Source: an uncultured delta proteobacterium (GTDB lineage: Bacteria; Desulfobacterota; Desulfobacteria; Desulfobacterales; JAFDCJ01). Taken from it: 64,000 bases of DNA. The stretch spans positions 99,808 to 163,807 of the forward strand of contig CAVYNY010000028.1 of the NCBI GenBank assembly GCA_963769935.1, written 5' to 3'. The notes beneath the pieces are model-generated. The model had not been told where the DNA came from. It saw nothing but the letters and a program-made list of their open reading frames with translations, and ran no database searches. The translations under genes and the position numbers were made by a program. Numbering within the stretch: position 1 is the first letter of the stretch; each line of letters starts with the position of its first letter. Below are positions 56,294-64,000 of this stretch, piece after piece.

Positions 56294-57097
56294 ATGAATA
56301 AAAAGCCTCTAAAATTGATCTTATTGATGATCAGCATCGCCCTTATTTCCGGCCTTGTCGTAAAAGGCATCACCGGGAGATCAAAATCAACTCAGAAGGA
56401 AAAGGAAGTTTTTCTGCGTTTGAATAAGAATACCGGACTGATCATGAAAGGTTTTCAGTACAGCCAATACCATGAGGGTCAAAAGGCGCTCAGCATAAAA
56501 GCGGCTAAATTCAGCGTGGAGAAAAAAAAAATCAGCATCTTCAAACTATCCCCGTTTAAAGTTGCCAGTTTGAAAGATGCTGAAATTGATTTTTTCGGAG
56601 TAACCAACCGGCACGATGAAGAGAAGAACCAACCGAACAATCCATCAACAGACAAAGAGGATAATACCGCCGGTATGAGTGGCATATCGTTTAAGGGAGT
56701 TCTATCCCAGGAGATATTGCCGCCGGCTGCACTAAAAGGGAGTATTTCGGCCACATGTGAACCGGTAAAGATTAATCTTTATTTAGATGATGCCCCGGTG
56801 ACTGTTATTCAAGCCGAAAAAGCAATTGTCGATCCACGTCAGCGAAGATTGATTTTGCGAAATAATATTCAGGTAAGATCAGGCAGTTTAAGCCTCTCTA
56901 CGGATCGAATGGCAATCTATCCCGAAACGGGGTTGTTCGAAATAGAAAATAAATTTGTCCTTAAAACGCAAAATGAAACCATCACCGGCGATAAGTTGAC
57001 GACCGACTTTTTCCTAGAAGTGGTTTCAAAACATCAGATCACGTCCAAAGACAAGGCGCGAGTTGATGAGAAAGCGCAGTTCGCCTCAGGAGGATGA
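56294..57097 (+). CDS. LptC/LptA-like beta-jellyroll membrane-anchored protein
   Basis: N-terminal TM segment; GFQYSQYHEGQKALSIKA, IQAEKAIVD, LSTDRM, ITGDKLTTD resemble the LptC pattern. Confidence 0.55.
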   Translation: MNKKPLKLILLMISIALISGLVVKGITGRSKSTQKEKEVFLRLNKNTGLIMKGFQYSQYHEGQKALSIKAAKFSVEKKKISIFKLSPFKVASLKDAEIDFFGVTNRHDEEKNQPNNPSTDKEDNTAGMSGISFKGVLSQEILPPAALKGSISATCEPVKINLYLDDAPVTVIQAEKAIVDPRQRRLILRNNIQVRSGSLSLSTDRMAIYPETGLFEIENKFVLKTQNETITGDKLTTDFFLEVVSKHQITSKDKARVDEKAQFASGG

Positions 57098-57196
57098 GAC
57101 ATTTCGAAGAAACTCGCAACGCAGTATTTGGCCGTTAGATGGGTTTTAAAACCACTTCTATAAAGGATCCGTAAGCAATAAGATAAGGAGCGCAAG

Positions 57197-60100
57197 ATGG
57201 AAGCTGCCCCCCAAAATGGAATGAAAAGAGTTGCTTTCCTGTTCCTGTTTACCCTTTCCGCTCTTTTCTGGGTTTTGGCGTTGAGTGCCCAGGCACAAAC
57301 CGCCCAGGATATATTGACAGTGGAGAAAAAAGCCTATTCTCAGAGTCAATTAACAGTATCCTGCAGGCCCATTCCAATTTTGAAGAGGCTGTTGCTAAAT
57401 ACCCAAATGATCCTGTCATCAATGGATACTTAGCTTTTACCCGCCTGCTGTACATGGCATTAACATCCGATCCCATCGGCACGACTCCTCTGTTGAATCA
57501 ATACGGCATTACGCGAACAGGCATCGATATCGAAAGCCTTGAATATAAGCTGCCGTTGGATGCCAATGACAAGTATGATGTGCCCCAGAGCGCTCCAACA
57601 GGTGAGACGGTTCGGTCCTATCTGCAAAATGAATTATTGAATGCCGTCGAGCAATCGATCTTGAATCTGAATGCAACAATCAGCAACTGGAACGAGGACA
57701 GCATACACATCGCCCCTATAGAGAATACCGGCCGGGATACCGATATTGAAATGGACTGGGGAGACGCCTGGCTTTTCAGGTCATTTCTAAAGGCCGCTAA
57801 ATCGCTGATTTTGGTCGCGACAGCCTATGATCTGGATGTCGATTTGCGAGAAATCGCCGCCCTGGAAAACCTGGAAGCTTTTAGATTCGATAAACTGCTG
57901 GACCGCTACCAGTCATTCTTAAAGTTGCTGCCGCAATCCTCAAATCTTTCCGTCAACGGTGCTGAACTCCTGGATCAGGCGCGTTTGAGTCTGATCGACG
58001 CCATCGATGATTATTCAACTTCCTCGGATGCGATCAGAAACGATGTTGATCATACCCCCGGCGCCGAGGAATTGGTGGAAATCGACGATTGCGACCGCCG
58101 GGTCGAAGAATGGATGCGGAATATTTTTACCGATATCAGGAACTCCCTCGACAATTCAGACAACCCGGATGTTCTGATTACCACAAAAGAGGAGGAATGG
58201 ATTTTTACAGACGATCCGCCCGGCAGCAATTTTCAACTCTATATCTGGGCTTGGGAATCAGATAGTTCGGGGGCCAAATATTCGACTTGGTCAGGCAATG
58301 AATTACTCGGCTGGTCCGGCAAGATTGTGTGCATCACCGTCGACGGGAATAGCATTCAACTAAAACTGGAATCAAACTGGCCGCCTTACACTGAAATTGA
58401 ATTTGATGGCACCTTGACCGCCGATGATCAAATTACCGGAAGCTATGCCGGCTGGAACTGGAACGGGTCAGTTTCGGGTAGTTTCACGGCGCAGCGTAAT
58501 TATGTCAAAGAAGAAACCGACCTGATCAACCCCAACCCCGCCTTCGGCAAAAGCAGAGGCCCATATCATCTGAGAGATTTTCTGCCCTCTTTCAACGAAT
58601 GCGATGACCCGGTTTACGGCACGGTCGGCCTCGGCCTCGGTTCAGATCCAACCCTCGGCGGCATCCTGCCTGACTATAGCCAGGACGACTGGGGAATCGA
58701 TCCGGAACCTTGCATCCTTGGCGACGGCACGATCAGCGGCAGCCTATCGATTCCCGGCTATAGCGGCAGCGGGACCATCTTTATTCAGGCTTTTAACTAT
58801 TACGGCTGGTACAATCTCGATCCGGCCAACCGCGTCGCCATGAAAACCATATATGCAGACGAGTTTACGGAAGGCATGGGTTACAGCCTCGATTATGTGC
58901 CTACCGGCGCCCCCCTGCTTGTTTCCGCCTGGTGGGATGTGAACTCCAACGGCATATTCAATTATGAAGATGTGGAGATGATTCCCCCGCCAATTACGAC
59001 CCAACCCGGCGTCAATCCACTGGATCTGGAAATCGGTGTCGATATCTCCGGAAACGTATTCCAGGGCGACCCTGCCACACCGGTAACGGCAGACGGAATG
59101 ACGGTAAACGCGGTTCGAGGGGATCCCTGCGGATATCACTGGGTAATCGGCAGCGCTGCCTTGAATCCGGTCGATGGATCCTACACGATTAGCGGAATAT
59201 CGGTAGGTTCATACTATATTAAAACTTCCAGCAATGGTCCGCCCACTTTTACCAGTGAATGGTGGACCAACGGCAGCGGCGCTCTTGATTGCACGCTTGC
59301 CGAACTGGTTGATGTCGACTCCCTGGGGCGCCCGGACGTCAATTTTTATCTTGAGCCCGCCGGCGGTTTATCCGGCAGGGTAACCGATGAATCAGAAAAA
59401 CCCGATTTCAGGTCTGAGAGTGCTGGCATTTCAAACTCAATGCGACGGGAATCCTATGCCGGCCAGTGCTGAAACGGATGCTGATGGCAATTATACCATC
59501 TATGGTCTTCCCGCAGGAGAACTATATATAAGTGCGTGTGCTTCCTGCAGCAACCTGGCCTACTTTGATGAATGGTTTGACGGCGGCCAGGGTTCGGGCG
59601 ACTGTTTGAACGCAGCACCCATCCAGGTTGAATCCAATAATACAACCCCCTGGAACAATTTCAGATTGGCAAGCAGTTTCTGGATTGTTCCCTCCGTCAA
59701 AAATGTCCACAAACCGGACGGCAGCTTTCAGACCTATGTGGAACTGGAAATTCATGATTTTGCCGGCTCTGTGCCTGATGATATCGATTCAATTACCGTG
59801 ACCGCACCCGGCGGCGCGGTAGTAGCCGGTTATCCAAATCACGCGAACACGCTGGTTTATGACTACGAATTCAACGAATTTTTTGCGCCTATCCACGGTC
59901 CTCCTGAAAAAGGGATCTATACCTTTTCGGTCACCACCAGCCAGGGAAGCATTACGGGTACCGACTACCAGTATATCCTGCGAGACTTCCCTTTAATCGA
60001 TCAAACCAAACTGAATCCCGCCGCAAGCACAACCTTAACCTCCAAAACGCCGACTTTTTCGTGGCCGCTTATTGAATATGCGGATGAAGACGTCCCGATT

Positions 60101-63100
60101 TTCTGCCGGCTGGAGATCTGCAGCGACAATGCCGGCACGCCGGGCGCGCGAGTTTTTGCTACCGGCCGCATTCACAACATGAGCTTTTATACGCTTGCCC
60201 AGGGCAGGCTGCAACCCGGGCAAAATTACTGGTGGCGGGTGCGCGTCACCGACGACAGCGACTGGGCCAAGGCTCAAAACCGCGTAGACAGCGCCTGGGT
60301 GCCTTTTTCTACAGCCGCTGTCCTGGATCCCCATGCCTACAAGCCAGCCATCGACCTGGACGGGATAGGGTCGGCAACCTGGACCGCGCAATCCGGCAGC
60401 ACGGCCCTTGAAAACTGGATCAAAGTAATCGATCATGACGGCGTTGCATCAGACGGATCATCGCACATGGTCCAGGTTGAATATCCGGACCATTCGGCTC
60501 ATGCATTAGAATTTGTGAGGCCGGCCGGCCCGAATGCCGGCTATTATGAATTTTTTCATTCCATCTTTCCGGCGGCTGGCACTTACACTTTTACCGTCAC
60601 CGATTTTGATGGGAATATAAGCGAGGCGGTGACCGATGTCTTACCTCCCGATCCACCGCAACCAGTAGTTCCGCTGGCACCGCCGGATCCAAACAGCTTC
60701 ACACCAAATGTCAAAGATGAATATATAACTGCAACCTTTGACGATATATACGTAAACGGCAGTCTCTATGATAATTTTAATTCATATGCCAATATCGGTG
60801 AGCTAAATTTCAACAAATGGTACTCGAACTATGACCATGTCTCGATCAGCGGCGGAGAATTAATTGCCCTTGTCGAAAATTCCATCGGCCGGGGAAATGC
60901 CAGCCTGAATTTTGCCAATCCGGGCGGCATCCAATCGCTTCAGGCCGATATTACGGTCAAAAGCATTGGTGATCCCGACGGTCCGGCTTATGCTCAATTA
61001 AAGGGAATCTGGTACAACGACGGAAAAACGAACATTGCCGGCGCAATAACCGTCCAAGGAAACCGGGTCTTCTACTACGTCTACGATGATGGAAAAATTA
61101 ACAGCGACCTAACCTATTCGTGGGACAATGACCTTGCGATCGGTGATTTGGCCACCATCAGCCCGGGAGAAACAGTCCGGGCAAAGATTTCATTTGTGGG
61201 CCGCACGCTAAGTTTCAGTGTAAACAATCAGACGCCGGTAAATTATACGGTGGTGGGGGATATGTTTCCGCCTTTGGGCGATTACAAACAGTTGCGGGTG
61301 CGAATCAATCTGACAACCAACACAACCCCAACCTTCACCTTGGATCCGGTGACAAGCACCAACCGCTATCGGGTCAGGATTTACAATTACGACAACACCA
61401 ATACCATTGCAAACGGCTGGACAGGCATACAACCGACATACACTTTTCCGCCGGGAATCCTGAAACCGAATTCCCTTTACCGGTATCGCATCGAAGCAAG
61501 GGATGCACCGAATCCCCTGGAAGCCGATAATATATCAAAGACACCGCCGTCCAATAACGACAACTACATTTTTTACACCGACAGTCAGGAGGCGGTCGTT
61601 CCTTACATCGATCTGAATGACAATGGAGTTCGCACCTGGAACGACCCGGTCAACGGAACGCGGCTTTCTTTCCGGATCATGGTGTATGATGCCCAGGGTG
61701 TCCCGGGAGATATTAGTTCGGTTACAGTGCAGCATCCATCAGGGGCGGTCACCCAACTCAACGAACGGTGTTCAGATGCCTTTTCAAATGGGACGCCTAC
61801 CTCCTGCATTTATACAAATGAATCCGGGACGATCGAAAGCGGCACGTTCAAATTTACGGTCGAGGATAAGGAGGGAAATTCATATTCCGTTACAGACGAT
61901 CTATCACCAAATTTGATCGGCTATCCGGCCGAAACCTCTCTCAAGCCTTTGAACGGCGCTCTTCTTGACAGCACTGCGGTCGATTTTAGCTGGGACATTG
62001 TACCAGGAGCTGTTTTTTACTCGGTTGATATATTTGATTATGACTACAACCTGATCGACTCCTTGCATACAACAGCCAACCACTTGCGCCTGCCAGAGGA
62101 TTTCCTGAAAAAGCAGCAGCTCTATCGCTGGCGAGTCAAGGCCAGGCATGAGTTTTTCAGCAACGATCTGGACAACGGCTCCTCCAGCCCAAATTACTGG
62201 AGCATGTCCACCTTTACGACGACCGCGCTGACCGATACCGATGGTGACGGCATGCCCGACGATTGGGAAGGCCGTTATGGTGTTGACGATCCTAACGCCG
62301 ATCCTGACAATGACGGCTTGACCAATCTGCAGGAATATCAAAAGGACACAGATCCCACCAATTCTGATACCGACGGCGATTGGGTAAAAGACGGAGATGA
62401 GGTCAACAACGGAACGAACCCTAATGACCCGGGAGAATTTACCACCCTTGGAACAGGAGCGATACGGGGAACTGTGACGGATTCGAATCAAAACCCCATA
62501 ACTGGGATCCAGATTTACATCCAGGTCGTAACAGGTGACCCTTGCAGCGGCTGGACAGCGGAACAGTCCATCCAGGTAAATCCCACAACCGGCAATTATC
62601 TCCTGGTTGGTTTGGCCCCCAACCAATACTATTTGAGAGCTTACACCACAGGATCTGACTTTGCAGACGAATGGTGGGCTAATCCTTCCAGTACGGTTAA
62701 CTGTAATGATGCTCAGATTTTGGCGGTTACTGAAAATAGCCTCGTGGATTCCGTCTTATTTCAACTGGATGCAAAGGGTTCAATCTCAGGTTTAGTGACC
62801 CGTGATTCAGATGGTCAGCCAATATCAGGGCTTTGGGTATATGCCTATGATCATGCAACGGGGGCCTGGAAAGGCAGTGCTCAGACTCAGGCTGATGGGG
62901 CATATAAAATAAGCGGATTATCGCCGGGAGACTATCGTATTGAAGTTAGCAGTTCAGGCAGTAGCTATCTTGGCGAATATTATGACAATATATATGATTG
63001 GAATAACACAACTCCCGTCAGCGTTACACTAGGTAATGATACTTCCGACATAAGCTTTAGCCTTGCTCTTGGGGGAAGCATATCCGGTAGTGTGCTGGAC

Positions 63101-64000
63101 CAAACAACAGGTAACCCGGTAGAGGACAAAAGTGTATGGAACCATCGACCTTAGTATTGGTTGGCATAAATTCGTTTACCGACAGGAAGAGACAGTAGGT
63201 GGCCAGAATTCACGTGCTGCGTTTAAGGCACCCGGCGATACGGGTTGGAGATGGTTCTCAACATCAGAAATAGAAATCCGAATAGCTCCCGATTCCGGCG
63301 CGCAAAACGGAATTACCTTAATTAATAAAAGGAACACATGGGAAAATAGTCATCCCCAGTGATCATGCACAATTGGTGCGATGTGTCGAAATTGATGCCA
63401 CCGCTGATGCAGCGTGGTATGGAGAAGGCATTGTAAATATTGTTAATCAGGATAGGAATATTCATGGAAACTCCGATTTTTATACCTCTTACTATGAAGC
63501 TTACTTTTATGTTGACAGTGCGGGGACATGGCATTTCAGCACGGATTCCGACGATGCTTCTGAAATAGAAATTGACGGGAATGTGGTCGCTGCCTGGTAC
63601 GGCGGACATGGATCTGCATATAGATGGGAAAATAAATATAACGTATGGCTTCTTAACGCTGACAATGGAGATTGGATAAATGTCGTACCTGGCAATGCCG
63701 ATGGGAGTTATGAAATCACTGCGTATTTATCCGGGTCGTTATGTTTTAAGGGCAGATTCTCCCGGCTATATTCACGAGTACTACAATGAATCCGGTAATT
63801 GGGATGACGCTATCCCAATAACTGTAAATTGGGGTTCTGAATTTGAGAACTTTAATTTTAGCCTGGAACAGGGATTTACCATTGTTGGATCTGTCAAAAA
63901 TATACACCTTCCTGATGGCAGTTTCAAAACAGGTTTTGAAGTGCTCATCGATAGCGATTTTTATGGCATTTTACCTGATGCAATAGATTCCATTTCTATC
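57197..64000 (+). CDS. Giant secreted/surface protein (carboxypeptidase-regulatory/CnaB-like repeats, Ig/Fn3-like modules, DxDxDG repeats, PA14); at least 5 frameshifts; runs off window
   Basis: Signal peptide ending AQA; repeated G.ISG.V.D...PI.G...DG.Y.I.GL..G.Y; DTDGDGMPDDWE...DNDGLTN..EY. Frames join at about 57310, 59395, 63130, 63355 and 63722. Confidence 0.8.

Noticed and set aside
63360..63362. TGA as a second selenocysteine codon
   Set aside because: Homology continues in a different frame; better explained by an extra C in the CCCC run.
57300..63730. Programmed frameshifting or phase variation in the giant gene
   Set aside because: Runs are only 4-5 nt, no X_XXY_YYZ slippery site with a downstream structure was seen, and similar indels occur in unrelated genes.
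1..64000. tRNA/rRNA genes, integrase, transposase, reverse transcriptase, prophage
   Set aside because: No recognisable cloverleaf, rRNA segment or catalytic motifs found by eye; tRNAscan-SE and HMM scans were not run.

Overview
Bacterial chromosomal window. Gene content, sigma-54-type promoters and intergenic repeat style suggest a Desulfobacterales-like deltaproteobacterium (inference). It holds about 45 mostly housekeeping or accessory genes: an SDR, an Rrf2 regulator, PAC2 and LOG proteins, a protease-TPR protein, a tandem pair of membrane-associated GTPases, a DEDDh/GIY-YIG fusion, rtcA, a signalling cluster, an ABC transporter, pepP, a double-length uvrA, a Lon-like protease, hslO, an M1 peptidase, an MFS transporter, and the 5' part of a giant, multiply frameshifted surface protein preceded by a GEMM-I riboswitch. 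No tRNA, rRNA, CRISPR array, integrase or transposase was seen. Features missed by the ORF track: (1) a UGA-recoded rhodanese-like selenoprotein with a SECIS-like hairpin; (2) a 93-95 bp element with 12-bp terminal inverted repeats, in four full and several partial copies; (3) a family of mosaic 7/8/9-mer intergenic repeats, two of which flank an RsbW/STAS/cNMP-binding/cyclase cassette as inverted repeats and one of which sits inside the riboswitch P3 stem; (4) a cyclase with a guanylate-type Glu at the specificity position; (5) an apparently circularly permuted PA14 domain; (6) several sRNA candidates, a 56-aa Cys-rich ORF, and three gene remnants (nfi, an FNR-like tail, a four-helix-bundle gene). 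Several single-base frameshifts are probably assembly errors. All family calls are by motif recognition only; no searches were run.
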